IMG/VR virus record: IMGVR_UViG_3300020577_001726
Coordinates: 7,251-71,250 of that record
Strand: one strand, 5' to 3'
From: a virus
Taxonomy: Duplodnaviria; Caudoviricetes
Length of the DNA: 64,000 nt
The position numbers and the translations under genes were made by a program. Below, one piece after another: positions 36,716 through 44,823 of the stretch (position 1 is the first letter of the stretch; the number at the start of each line of letters is the position of its first letter). The notes beneath the pieces were generated by a model. It had not been told where the DNA came from. It did not search any database and was given only the letters and a program-made list of their open reading frames with translations.

Positions 36716-37450
36716 TTACTTCCTGCCTCTTGCTGCTGGCTTCGGTGCGCTGACCTTTGTGGTATCTGGTTCAACGAGAAGACGTAAACGTGCTTCGTCC
36801 AGCTTATTTTCAAACACTTCAAACTCGCTCTCAACTAACGGACGCAGCGCTGAGAACTTCAGCGATGGCCAGTCAACAGACTTGTCAAAGCCCACCACAC
36901 TCACCACCTGAAGATGTGCGATGCTTTTCCCGGCAAGCGTCCGAATATAATCATCAAACCCTTTGATGCCTGTCGGGGATACCGTGAGGACCCACGGCGG
37001 CGTATCAGGTGTGGCATCAGCAGGCATGAAGGCAACCACTCTGGTATTTTTACAGGCTTTGCCCTTACCACGCGGACCCGAACCCCACTGATTATTAGGA
37101 CAGGATGCACAGCTTTCCGCCTGTCTGTCTGGTGAGTTAGTAGACGGGACCAACAGCGACGGCTCTGCGTTAATAGCAAAGCAGTCCGGAGGACCCATGT
37201 TATCCTTATCAAAACCATCTTTGTAGAAGACGTTCGCAGAAACGAAATCGACGATTACGCCTTCCAATGGACCGTCCGTTTCTTCTCCCGAAGGTAGACG
37301 AAACTTCTTAAACTGTGTCACTCGGATCTTGTCGCCGCTAGGAGCTTGGATTCGTTGCTGAATCCCTTCCACAATGCGCTGCGCTGCTTCGCTCTTAACG
37401 ATTGGCAGATCACCAACTTGACGGACTGGTACCACTTCATTTTCACTCAT
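36716..37450 (-). CDS. Putative ssDNA-binding/recombination protein with Cys cluster
   Basis: PPDCF...CASCPNNQWGS..GKGKACKN and V.PT..K.F..Y motifs; located in the replication module. Confidence 0.55.
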   Translation of the reverse strand: MSENEVVPVRQVGDLPIVKSEAAQRIVEGIQQRIQAPSGDKIRVTQFKKFRLPSGEETDGPLEGVIVDFVSANVFYKDGFDKDNMGPPDCFAINAEPSLLVPSTNSPDRQAESCASCPNNQWGSGPRGKGKACKNTRVVAFMPADATPDTPPWVLTVSPTGIKGFDDYIRTLAGKSIAHLQVVSVVGFDKSVDWPSLKFSALRPLVESEFEVFENKLDEARLRLLVEPDTTKVSAPKPAARGRK

Positions 37451-37460
37451 GTAAAGCCTT

Positions 37461-37832
37461 TCACGTTTTTAGCATTCTAAGTTTTCTCTGGATGTATGGA
37501 ACGACACCCGGAATTCGGCCGTGCTTTTCAAACAACTCTCGGCAACCGAGAACCGACGGACGACGCTCCAAAAGGTGGAAATATCTATTCGCGTGGATGT
37601 AATCCTCGAATTCCGCCCAGTCTTCCACACTAGGCTTCACAGATTCCGAGATACTGACAGTTGCCGACATGCCAGTTATCTTGGATATACCTTGGGCATC
37701 CATCGACGCCATTAGTTCCATTTCCCGGTCACGAATTTCCTGCTCAACAGCCTCCAGCTGGCTTTCCAGATGGCGCTTGCGTTCTCGCAACAGAAAGAAA
37801 TGATCTACTTGTTTACCGAGTGGATCACTCAT
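37461..37832 (-). CDS. Conserved phage replication-module protein
   Basis: N-terminal coiled coil, then V.DW..F..YI and LLERR.S....ELF....IPGV; ATG 37832. Confidence 0.6.
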   Translation of the reverse strand: MSDPLGKQVDHFFLLRERKRHLESQLEAVEQEIRDREMELMASMDAQGISKITGMSATVSISESVKPSVEDWAEFEDYIHANRYFHLLERRPSVLGCRELFEKHGRIPGVVPYIQRKLRMLKT

Positions 37833-38175
37833 CTTCATCCTCATCGTCGCCGGTTTTAGTGGCGATGCGTTCTTCGATGTGTTCGAATACTTGCCTACCC
37901 CCCGGCTCGGGCTGGGCGTCTTGTGCGATACCTTCAAACGTAGAGGTCATAGCCTCGCCGTATGTCAGCAGCGCAGAAGCAAAGATACCGGGAGAACATG
38001 TACCAATCAGGCTCTTTGCGGCCTCACCAATAGCTGCAATTGCCGCACGTGCGGATTGCTGCTGCTTCTCCGAAATGCCGATAACAATGCCTTCCGAGAG
38101 TACGGCGTTAGTAAGGTCCTCGGTAAACTGGTCAATAGCTCTCTTTTCTTCCTCTTCATCCATTTGTAGCCTCAT
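37825..38175 (-). CDS. Hypothetical acidic protein
   Basis: 116-aa ORF coupled to the polymerase gene. Confidence 0.55.
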   Translation of the reverse strand: MRLQMDEEEEKRAIDQFTEDLTNAVLSEGIVIGISEKQQQSARAAIAAIGEAAKSLIGTCSPGIFASALLTYGEAMTSTFEGIAQDAQPEPGGRQVFEHIEERIATKTGDDEDEDE

Positions 38176-40001
38176 TTTGAATAACAGTAGTCATACCCAC
38201 CTTTGACATCGAGGGGGAGATTTAGTGCCCACGAAGGCGGGGTAACCATGATTTTCTTTCCGAATTCCAACGACTCATCCGCTTCTTCCTCTGGCGCTAG
38301 CCACACGATCTCGTCGTGAGACATCGTCACCACGGGGTAACGCTCTGCGATAGCCAGCATCTGGTTAGCTACGATGATACGAGCTAGTGCTTGCACTACG
38401 TTCTCGGTAACTAGGCCACCATAAATCTTAGTAAACCCGTACCTAGTCTCGTAGGTCATCTCGTCGGGTGCGGGCATGGACAGCCCCGGATAGAGCAGCT
38501 TCAGACCATTAGGAAGACGTATACGACCACCATCTTCTGCTCCATCCCACCCGATACATTTGAATTCTCCGTTCTCACGACGTATCATGCTGACAAGCAC
38601 ACCGTTCATCAGCCGCCAGAGTTGCGTAATTTTAGGGTTCGCTGTTCGATAAATATTAACAATGCTCTCGCATTCGCGGAGTGAAAGTTCGACTTTAGGT
38701 CCATTGACGCCAAGCGCGAGCGTCGCTTTAAGCTTAGCCGCTCCCATGCCATACCCCAGCCCAAGGATGCAAGTCTTCCCAACAAATCGTTGAATTTCTG
38801 TAACCTCTGACTCGGGCACGCCATAAATGCGGCTTGCCATTTTTTTATATACGTCTTCTTTTTTCGCGAAAGCGTCGATGATGTTGTGCTCATCTGCTAG
38901 CCACGCCGTTGTTCGCGCTTCGATTTGTGAGGAGTCAGCAACGACGACAACCATACCTCTAGGAGCTCGTAACGCTCTACGGAGCGAGCCACCTCTGGGT
39001 AAGTTTTGAAGATTGAGCTTATTGCCGCCTGACCATCTCCCTGTATGAGCGCCGTAGTAATTGAGCAGGACTGGCATAGGCATACCGTCTGAGCCCGCGC
39101 TTGAAAATCTCTTCGCACGCGTCTCACCGATAGTCGTTTTAAGACCTTTTCGCGCTTCAAAGAGATCTTTAATCTCTTTATCATCTGATTGTAGGTATAG
39201 CTGGAAAGCTGGGTCGGTCTTTGCGAAGGCATACTTCTCTTCACCCTTCTTGTTCTTCTTCATGGGCACCGGGATGCCCTCTCTACGTAGTACCGCAGCG
39301 AACTTCTCGTTGCTCATTAGATCTTCGCGCGTGATACCACGTTTCTCAAGCCTAGCAAGCAGAGCTTCCTTCGCTGCTTGTTCTTTCTCTATCTCCCCCT
39401 CAACCAGACCCGTGTCCACCAGCAGCTTAGGTTGGCAGAACATCTTCAGCGTCAAATCTATGAGACGAAGTTCTACGTCCGGAAAGAACGGGTACAACGT
39501 CCAAAACACTTTACTACATAGGTCAACGTCCCGTGCGCAGTACTCCATGAGCTGTTCTTGTAGCTCATTCGGGAGTTCTACAACACCTTTTGTCTTCAGC
39601 AGCGTGCCTTTGATCTTACCACCTAGGCCTAGGCGCTCGGCAACGTCGTCTAGCTTGTGGCTCACGTGGTGGCCGAACAAAGCCTTAGACATCCCAAGCG
39701 TATCGATGTAGCCCTTAGGTTCTACGCCGTAATGGTGTGAGAGGATGAACCCGTCGAACGCAGTATTGTGTGCTAGGACGTATTTGTTTTTCCAGTCTAT
39801 GCCGCGTATTACCCTAGGGATTTCGTCCCCTCGGTATACGCGAACAGGGTCATTTCCTAGCCTGATTCCTAAGCAATGCACTTTGAAGCGAGGATCTCTG
39901 ACGTACTCGGACATGTTGATCTTAACGTCCGTGAGGCTATACCCTACGTCATAGAACGTCTCGAAATCCAAGGTAACTATATTGTTTGCGTCTATTTGCA
40001 T
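38172..40001 (-). CDS. DNA polymerase, family A (3'-5' exo plus polymerase)
   Basis: DFET exo I, HN..FD, NLQNLPR, motif A D.SQIEAR, motif B R..GK...LGLGYGMG, motif C HDEIV. Confidence 0.92.
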   Translation of the reverse strand: MQIDANNIVTLDFETFYDVGYSLTDVKINMSEYVRDPRFKVHCLGIRLGNDPVRVYRGDEIPRVIRGIDWKNKYVLAHNTAFDGFILSHHYGVEPKGYIDTLGMSKALFGHHVSHKLDDVAERLGLGGKIKGTLLKTKGVVELPNELQEQLMEYCARDVDLCSKVFWTLYPFFPDVELRLIDLTLKMFCQPKLLVDTGLVEGEIEKEQAAKEALLARLEKRGITREDLMSNEKFAAVLRREGIPVPMKKNKKGEEKYAFAKTDPAFQLYLQSDDKEIKDLFEARKGLKTTIGETRAKRFSSAGSDGMPMPVLLNYYGAHTGRWSGGNKLNLQNLPRGGSLRRALRAPRGMVVVVADSSQIEARTTAWLADEHNIIDAFAKKEDVYKKMASRIYGVPESEVTEIQRFVGKTCILGLGYGMGAAKLKATLALGVNGPKVELSLRECESIVNIYRTANPKITQLWRLMNGVLVSMIRRENGEFKCIGWDGAEDGGRIRLPNGLKLLYPGLSMPAPDEMTYETRYGFTKIYGGLVTENVVQALARIIVANQMLAIAERYPVVTMSHDEIVWLAPEEEADESLEFGKKIMVTPPSWALNLPLDVKGGYDYCYSK

Positions 40002-40347
40002 TCCACCCTCGTTGTTGTCGTTCTTCTGACAACTTCATGAGTGGCATAAATATGTCACCTCCGGTGTCGTTATATGGTGTGCAGAATTCGGTTATATTCG
40101 CTCTTTTTCTTTTCATTAGATGCGAATCTAGTAAGATACCGTAGAACCTACCTCTATTAGCACACCACGTAAGGACCACTTGCTTCGTACCATTAACCAT
40201 TCCAAAATACGCTTTGCCGTCTTCATACTGGCTGCTATGAAGCATGCCCATCATGGCTAGCTGCATGACGTTAATTGGTGGAAGCGGGTCCTCTGTTATT
40301 AGATCCGACAACTGCTTACTTAGTTCCTTGTTTACCGGTAATTTCAT
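39949..40347 (-). CDS. Hypothetical protein
   Basis: 132-aa ORF between helicase and polymerase. Confidence 0.5.
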   Translation of the reverse strand: MKLPVNKELSKQLSDLITEDPLPPINVMQLAMMGMLHSSQYEDGKAYFGMVNGTKQVVLTWCANRGRFYGILLDSHLMKRKRANITEFCTPYNDTGGDIFMPLMKLSEERQQRGWNANRRKQYSYLGFRDVL

Positions 40348-41710
40348 CTTTGTACTCTTGGAGAATAGACAGTAGGTTAGCCTGTCTTACATTCTTGTCC
40401 AACAGCTTGTCATAGACCTTCTCTTCTATGGTCCCAGCAGCTAAGAGGATAATCGTCTCAGTCGGCTCGGTCTGGGAGATACGATAGATACGCTTGTTAC
40501 CCTGTAGGAAGTGCTCTAGGTTGTACGTAGGCGACGTCCAGATTGTACTAGTCCCCCGAGTAAGTGTAAGACCATGTGCTGCGGATTGAGGGTGAGCAAG
40601 TAGTACTTTGTAAAAGCCTTTTTGGAACAAGTTGACGGCTTCAGCGCGTTTTTTATCGGTAACCGACGAATCGATGAGGGCGAAAGTGATCTCCCGGGCT
40701 TGAAACTCTTTGATGAGATTATCCCGCTGATGCTTCCAATTAAAGAAGACGACTGAATGACCACGTTGTTGGACAAGGTCGGCAACAAGCTCGTACCGCC
40801 CCGTGTCAATCTCTGCGTAGTTTCCACTCTCATCGTACACTGCTCCTGAAGCAATCTGCATGAGCTTCGTCATCACAGATGCTGCGTTCACAGCGTTGAT
40901 GACTTGGCGATTGATCGACGTCATTGCAATATCTGCCATCTGCAGGTACTTCTGCTCCTGCGTCTTGGACATATGATACTGCAACGTAAATTGATGGTTC
41001 TCCGGAATGTCTACACAGTCTTCAAACTTATGCCTGATCGTTATGTCTTTAATCAGCGTAGCCACTCCGAGTTCAGCCCCTTCGCGGTCAATCCACTTGA
41101 CCATCTGCGGCATGGGGCCGACTTGCTGTGGCTGGCAGACTTGGGAGCGGAAGGCATAGAAACTAGTGCCTAAGCGCTTTCCATCGTCTATGACAAAACA
41201 CTGATGCCACAGATCCGTAACGGAGTTCGAATCCGGGGTACCAGTTAAACCATATCGGTACTTGAAGTATTTGCGCAGCTTCGACAATGCTTTTGACCGC
41301 TGAGACGTCGCGTGCTTGAAAGCTGATAACTCGTCTATAACTAATGTTTCGAAACCATGGAAGAATGATGGTTTTTGTTTCGCTAGCCAATTTACACCAT
41401 CCGTATTGGTTATATAGACGTCCGCATCCTCTTGAAATGCTTCCTCACGGTTTGAAGCGAAAGCGACGGATACCCGCAGCCACGGCGCGTACTTACGAAA
41501 ATCGTCTTCCCAAGCAGTTCGAAGTAATGACTTCGGCGCGATGACAAGTAACTTACCACCGCCGCGCGCTCGTCTGGCGGCAAAGAGCTCAATCTGTACC
41601 CGGGTCTTCCCTGTTCCCGGATCAGATAAATCAAGTGCTGTAGGAGTTGTTGAGAGAAATTCAACGGAACGCCTTTGATGATCAAATAGAGGGGGGATTT
41701 TGATGGTCAT
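40316..41710 (-). CDS. SNF2-type SF2 DNA helicase
   Basis: PGTGKT, DELS, LTGTP, AAHGLTL and Q...RIYR motifs. Confidence 0.9.
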   Translation of the reverse strand: MTIKIPPLFDHQRRSVEFLSTTPTALDLSDPGTGKTRVQIELFAARRARGGGKLLVIAPKSLLRTAWEDDFRKYAPWLRVSVAFASNREEAFQEDADVYITNTDGVNWLAKQKPSFFHGFETLVIDELSAFKHATSQRSKALSKLRKYFKYRYGLTGTPDSNSVTDLWHQCFVIDDGKRLGTSFYAFRSQVCQPQQVGPMPQMVKWIDREGAELGVATLIKDITIRHKFEDCVDIPENHQFTLQYHMSKTQEQKYLQMADIAMTSINRQVINAVNAASVMTKLMQIASGAVYDESGNYAEIDTGRYELVADLVQQRGHSVVFFNWKHQRDNLIKEFQAREITFALIDSSVTDKKRAEAVNLFQKGFYKVLLAHPQSAAHGLTLTRGTSTIWTSPTYNLEHFLQGNKRIYRISQTEPTETIILLAAGTIEEKVYDKLLDKNVRQANLLSILQEYKDEITGKQGTK

Positions 41711-41933
41711 GGAGCTTTAGTTTCCTAAGCTCCATCTCTTGTACCCGCTGATGCGAGTACAGGACTTCTCGGCAGTGGTTGATTTCTAACTCGGCTCTTG
41801 GGTTGCTTGCAAACGGAGCCATCAAGAGCTTTGATAGTTTAACTGTGTAGAAGTCAACGACCTCTTTGGTATACGGGGGAATTGCCACCTTGCGGTGAAG
41901 CACCCAAGGTGGCAGGCCAAGCTTTTGTTTCAT
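41682..41933 (-). CDS. Hypothetical protein
   Basis: ATG 41933 just after the nuclease stop. Confidence 0.45.
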   Translation of the reverse strand: MKQKLGLPPWVLHRKVAIPPYTKEVVDFYTVKLSKLLMAPFASNPRAELEINHCREVLYSHQRVQEMELRKLKLHDHQNPPSI

Positions 41934-41940
41934 GAGTCTC

Positions 41941-42660
41941 TTATACGCCAACTGTGCAATGCCCCGTACCTTTCGGTCCGTATGGGCACCACTTGCATGA
42001 AAAGATGTTAGGATTCGGAGCGAAATCTTCGCAAGCCGTAACTGCTCCTCCTCTTCGCTCAAACGCACTGAGGAATCTGAGGCCTTGCGCGCGCGTATAG
42101 GTAACACGGGTCATCTCGTCTAGGTCTGTGTACCAGAACTCTACATCCACTTTCTGAATGTCTGGGTAACGTAGGAACGTAGCTAGTTGGTATAGCTGGC
42201 CTTGTTCCATATGCTTAACTTCGTTGCCCTTAAGACGCCCAGTCTTGTAGTCGATTACGACTCCATGGTCGTGGGATAGTCGAACCATTGCGTCGAGTTT
42301 AAGACGCACCCAAGCTCTTGGATCATTCCAGCCGATGGGAAGCCATTGGTTATCCATAGCCCACTCGCCTTCAAGAGAGACTTGCCCGTTGGCGTACATG
42401 TCTCGAAGTTGTTTGAATTCGTCTTCGAACTTTGAGAGTTCTGGAAGAAGTTCAACGCCGCCTTTGACGTAGAGCTCTGCTGCTTCATGGACGCGAGTGC
42501 CTCGATCATTAGCATGTTCAGTTTTTCCGGGTGGTAGTGGTCTGGGTGGTTCAGGAATTCGGTCGATGTACTGCAGCTTTGCGCGCAGCTTGCATTGCTC
42601 AAAGACCGTGAGTCTTGAATAGCTCCATGTCTGGAGCTTGATGGGTATTACCTGATTCAT
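41941..42660 (-). CDS. PD-(D/E)XK exonuclease, Cas4/AddB-like
   Basis: WSYS.L..FEQC, RG..VH, D...IDYKTG and C-terminal CKWCPY...C (1+3 Cys arrangement). Confidence 0.85.
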   Translation of the reverse strand: MNQVIPIKLQTWSYSRLTVFEQCKLRAKLQYIDRIPEPPRPLPPGKTEHANDRGTRVHEAAELYVKGGVELLPELSKFEDEFKQLRDMYANGQVSLEGEWAMDNQWLPIGWNDPRAWVRLKLDAMVRLSHDHGVVIDYKTGRLKGNEVKHMEQGQLYQLATFLRYPDIQKVDVEFWYTDLDEMTRVTYTRAQGLRFLSAFERRGGAVTACEDFAPNPNIFSCKWCPYGPKGTGHCTVGV

Positions 42661-42840
42661 GTGGACCTCTGCGGACTCTATAGGAGCCGCTATTTTAACA
42701 TGAGGCCACGCTAAATTCACTTCTGCTGGTAAAAAAATCGCTGACTGCCTAGGCTTACGTTTGGTACGTAGCTCGGTGGTCTTTCGCACGCTCCCTCCGA
42801 TAGTTTATTCCTCTTTATGGGTCCGTGACACTACGTATTG

Positions 42841-42928
42841 TGGTGCGTCCCGGAGGATTCGAACCTCCACGTGCAGCCACGACTTCGGGGTTACAGCCCG
42901 ATGGTTTATCCAGTTCACCCAAGGACGC
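42841..42928 (-). tRNA. tRNA-Tyr(GTA)
   Basis: Acceptor GCGTCCT/GGGACGC-A-CCA; anticodon arm TCGGG-CTGTAAC-CCCGA; long variable arm; GTTCGAATC. Confidence 0.92.
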
Positions 42929-42938
42929 GTAACAAAAA

Positions 42939-43033
42939 GGCAGGTGGTGCGCTACATCCACATTACGATTCCTCGCTTCAAAGGCAAGGATAGTCGTTTC
43001 TATAGATACTATGCGACTTATGTATCTTCTGCC
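42939..43033 (-). ncRNA. tRNA-like element with TTG loop
   Basis: GGCAG/CTGCC closure, three internal arms, 7-nt loop CTTTGAA; no TTCG T-loop and no CCA. Confidence 0.4.
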
Positions 43034-43165
43034 AAAAAAGGTTAGGATTGGAGGGCCGTTACAGCTTCATTGTCAGTTACCGAGACACCGTCGATTTTAT
43101 CCTGACTACGATTGGGGGCGGTGGTTCTTTCTGATAGTTTTCTCTTATTATATTTATACATATAT

Positions 43166-43257
43166 CGGAGGAAGCGGTGAGATTCGAACTCACGAAACCT
43201 TTTCTGGTTTACAAGCTTTCAAGGCTAGCGCAATAAACCGGACTCTGCCACGCTTCC
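43166..43257 (-). tRNA. tRNA-Ser(TGA)
   Basis: GGAAGCG/CGCTTCC; loop CTTGAAA; long variable arm; T-loop TTCGAAT; ends CCG. Confidence 0.88.
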
Positions 43258-43261
43258 TTTT

Positions 43262-43338
43262 TGGAAGCAGGGATAGGAATCGAACCTACTTTGTCCAGCT
43301 TATGAGGCTGGCGACTATCCAACCGTCTACCCCCTGCT
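43262..43338 (-). tRNA. tRNA with CAT anticodon (Met/Ile2), atypical
   Basis: CCAGC-CTCATAA-GCTGG; T-arm GTAGG-TTCGATT-CCTAT; CCA; two extra G before U8. Confidence 0.8.
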
Positions 43339-43344
43339 ATTATA

Positions 43345-43436
43345 TGGTGGGGTGGCCTCTCACAGCACTTGTGTCTCATGGTAGATTTAGACTACACCCG
43401 CAGGTGAATCAGTCTAACTCCGTGGAGGACCACCCC
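43345..43436 (-). ncRNA. Non-cloverleaf RNA with tRNA-type acceptor stem and CCA
   Basis: GGGGTGG/CCACCCC-A-CCA; internal TTAGACT/AGTCTAA stem; no T-loop. Confidence 0.55.
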
Positions 43437-43445
43437 ATTGACTCT

Positions 43446-43913
43446 TTACTTCCTAGGACCAGATCCGGGAACGAAGCCGGTGTTTCCCGCGTCACCGAAG
43501 TCTTTACCTACGATGCCACTGGTACTAGGCGTACTGCGACCTCTCCGCGTATACTCTGTAATGTATTGCGCGCGGAACCCTCTCTTTATATCAAGAATAC
43601 TAGCATACGAAATATTTGGGAACTGCTTCTGCACCGCCTCCCAATCAGCGATATCTTTCTCATTGGCTAAGAAACCACGATCCAGAGCCGCGTCAGGTTG
43701 GACAGCCATGGGCAAGCCTTGTTCCAAAATCTCGGCCTGCGCCTCGTTCTTATCCACTTCGCGGACTTGCTTGATCTCACGCAGCGCATAAGCGAGCTTA
43801 CCTGCCTCGGTATTCTGATCATACGCACCGCCGGGACCCATATCCGCAGACGACGGGGGCCAAGCAGACTCCGTACCCATACCCATCTTCTTCATAAATT
43901 CGTTCTTATCCAT
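43446..43913 (-). CDS. Hypothetical protein inside the tRNA cluster
   Basis: 155-aa ORF with RBS AGGAG. Confidence 0.6.
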   Translation of the reverse strand: MDKNEFMKKMGMGTESAWPPSSADMGPGGAYDQNTEAGKLAYALREIKQVREVDKNEAQAEILEQGLPMAVQPDAALDRGFLANEKDIADWEAVQKQFPNISYASILDIKRGFRAQYITEYTRRGRSTPSTSGIVGKDFGDAGNTGFVPGSGPRK

Positions 43914-43932
43914 TCCATTCTCCTTTGTTAAC

Positions 43933-44009
43933 TGGCGCGCCCGACAGGATTCGAACCTGTGACCGGTAGCTTAGAAGGCTACTGCTCTAATCCTCTGAGC
44001 TACGGGTGC
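43933..44009 (-). tRNA. tRNA-Arg(TCT)
   Basis: GTAGC-CTTCTAA-GCTAC; canonical D and T arms; CCA. Confidence 0.95.
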
Positions 44010-44238
44010 TGCGTAATTCTTCACCGAAAGCATCGATCTCTTTACAGAGAGCGTCGAAGTCTAGCACATTTTTGAAAATAGAGTCATGGCCGCATGTAGG
44101 GCATCCGCCTTCTTCGTATCCTACGTGTTTAAGTGGAGCTATAATGTGCTGACGCTCACACAACCATCCTTTTAGTTTCTCAAGGATAGGCTTTATTACC
44201 ATCGGCGTGATTAACGGTAAATCATTTTTCTTAGACAT
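43987..44238 (-). CDS. Hypothetical protein (CxxC)
   Basis: 83 aa; 3' end runs into tRNA-Arg. Confidence 0.5.
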   Translation of the reverse strand: MSKKNDLPLITPMVIKPILEKLKGWLCERQHIIAPLKHVGYEEGGCPTCGHDSIFKNVLDFDALCKEIDAFGEELRSTRSSED

Positions 44239-44248
44239 TTTCTATCCT

Positions 44249-44334
44249 TGGTGCGCAAGGCGGGCATCGAACCCGCAAGGGCCAAGCCCGAGGGATTTTA
44301 AGTCCCTTGTGTTTACCAATTTCACCACATGCGC
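44249..44334 (-). tRNA. tRNA-Leu(TAA)
   Basis: AGGGA-CTTAAAA-TCCCT; long variable arm; CCA. Confidence 0.93.
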
Positions 44335-44340
44335 GTTGTA

Positions 44341-44412
44341 CGGCAGGCTGGTAGGGACTCGAACCCCATAGGTCAGGATCTATTCCTGCTAGCATACCAT
44401 TAGCTCCGGCCT
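44341..44412 (-). tRNA. Degenerate/atypical tRNA (anticodon undetermined)
   Basis: T-arm TGGGG-TTCGAGT-CCCTA; acceptor AGGCCGG/CCAGCCT; anticodon arm CAGGA-ATAGA-TCCTG has a 5-nt loop. Confidence 0.55.
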
Positions 44413-44418
44413 GAAACT

Positions 44419-44502
44419 TGGTGCGCTATGAGGGACTTGAACCCCCACGCCGTGAGGCACTAGCTCCTAAGGCTAGCGTGTCTGCCATTCCACCAATAGC
44501 GC
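44419..44502 (-). tRNA. tRNA-Leu(TAG)
   Basis: CTAGC-CTTAGGA-GCTAG; variable arm; CCA. Confidence 0.94.
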
Positions 44503-44503
44503 T

Positions 44504-44580
44504 TGGTAGTAGGAGATGGGCTTGAACCACCGACCAACCCCTTATAAAGAGGCTGCTCTAACCAACTGAGCTATCCTACC
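44504..44580 (-). tRNA. tRNA-Ile(TAT)
   Basis: D-arm TAGCTCAGTTGGTTAGAGCA; GCCTC-TTTATAA-GGGGT; A73-CCA. Confidence 0.88.
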
Positions 44581-44589
44581 TTAAATCTT

Positions 44590-44665
44590 TGGTGCCCCCG
44601 GAAGGATTCGAACCCTCGACCTGCTGATTACAAATCAGCTGCTCTACCGTCTAAGCTACAGAGGC
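44590..44665 (-). tRNA. tRNA-Thr(TGT)
   Basis: GCTGA-TTTGTAA-TCAGC; CCA. Confidence 0.95.
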
Positions 44666-44740
44666 TTTAGTTGTTTATGCCCGGGTCAGTTTCGCTCTCT
44701 TAGACCGTAGTTTCTTTGTACTGCGAGAGAGGGCTTTGAA

Positions 44741-44817
44741 TGGTCAGTGATGTGTGATTCGAACACACGAATTCCTGCTCCCAAAGCAGGCGGCTTAGAC
44801 CACTTGCCTAATCACTG
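44741..44817 (-). tRNA. tRNA-Pro(TGG)
   Basis: CAGTGAT/ATCACTG-A-CCA; CCTGC-TTTGGGA-GCAGG. Confidence 0.93.
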
Positions 44818-44823
44818 AATACT

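Noticed and set aside
28143-40001. Inteins or introns in nrdJ and the DNA polymerase
   Set aside because: Both ORFs are continuous and compact, with no intein splice motifs or extra length.
41941-42660. Cas4-like nuclease as a sign of CRISPR
   Set aside because: No repeat-spacer array or other cas genes; such nucleases are common in phage replication modules.
42960-42995. tRNA-Sec (TCA) reading on the + strand
   Set aside because: The stem has a C.A mismatch on +, there is no T-loop, and the whole cluster is on the - strand.
43048-43135. Another CCA-ending element (GCCCTCCA)
   Set aside because: No complementary 5' acceptor strand found; only weak hairpins.
43011-43670. 219-aa - strand ORF
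   Set aside because: Runs through two tRNAs and a structured RNA; no protein-like signal.
44666-44740. Possible hammerhead/theta ribozyme between tRNA-Pro and tRNA-Thr
   Set aside because: GAAA and a CTCTCT/AGAGAG stem are present, but the CUGANGA core and the HDV-like double pseudoknot were not found.
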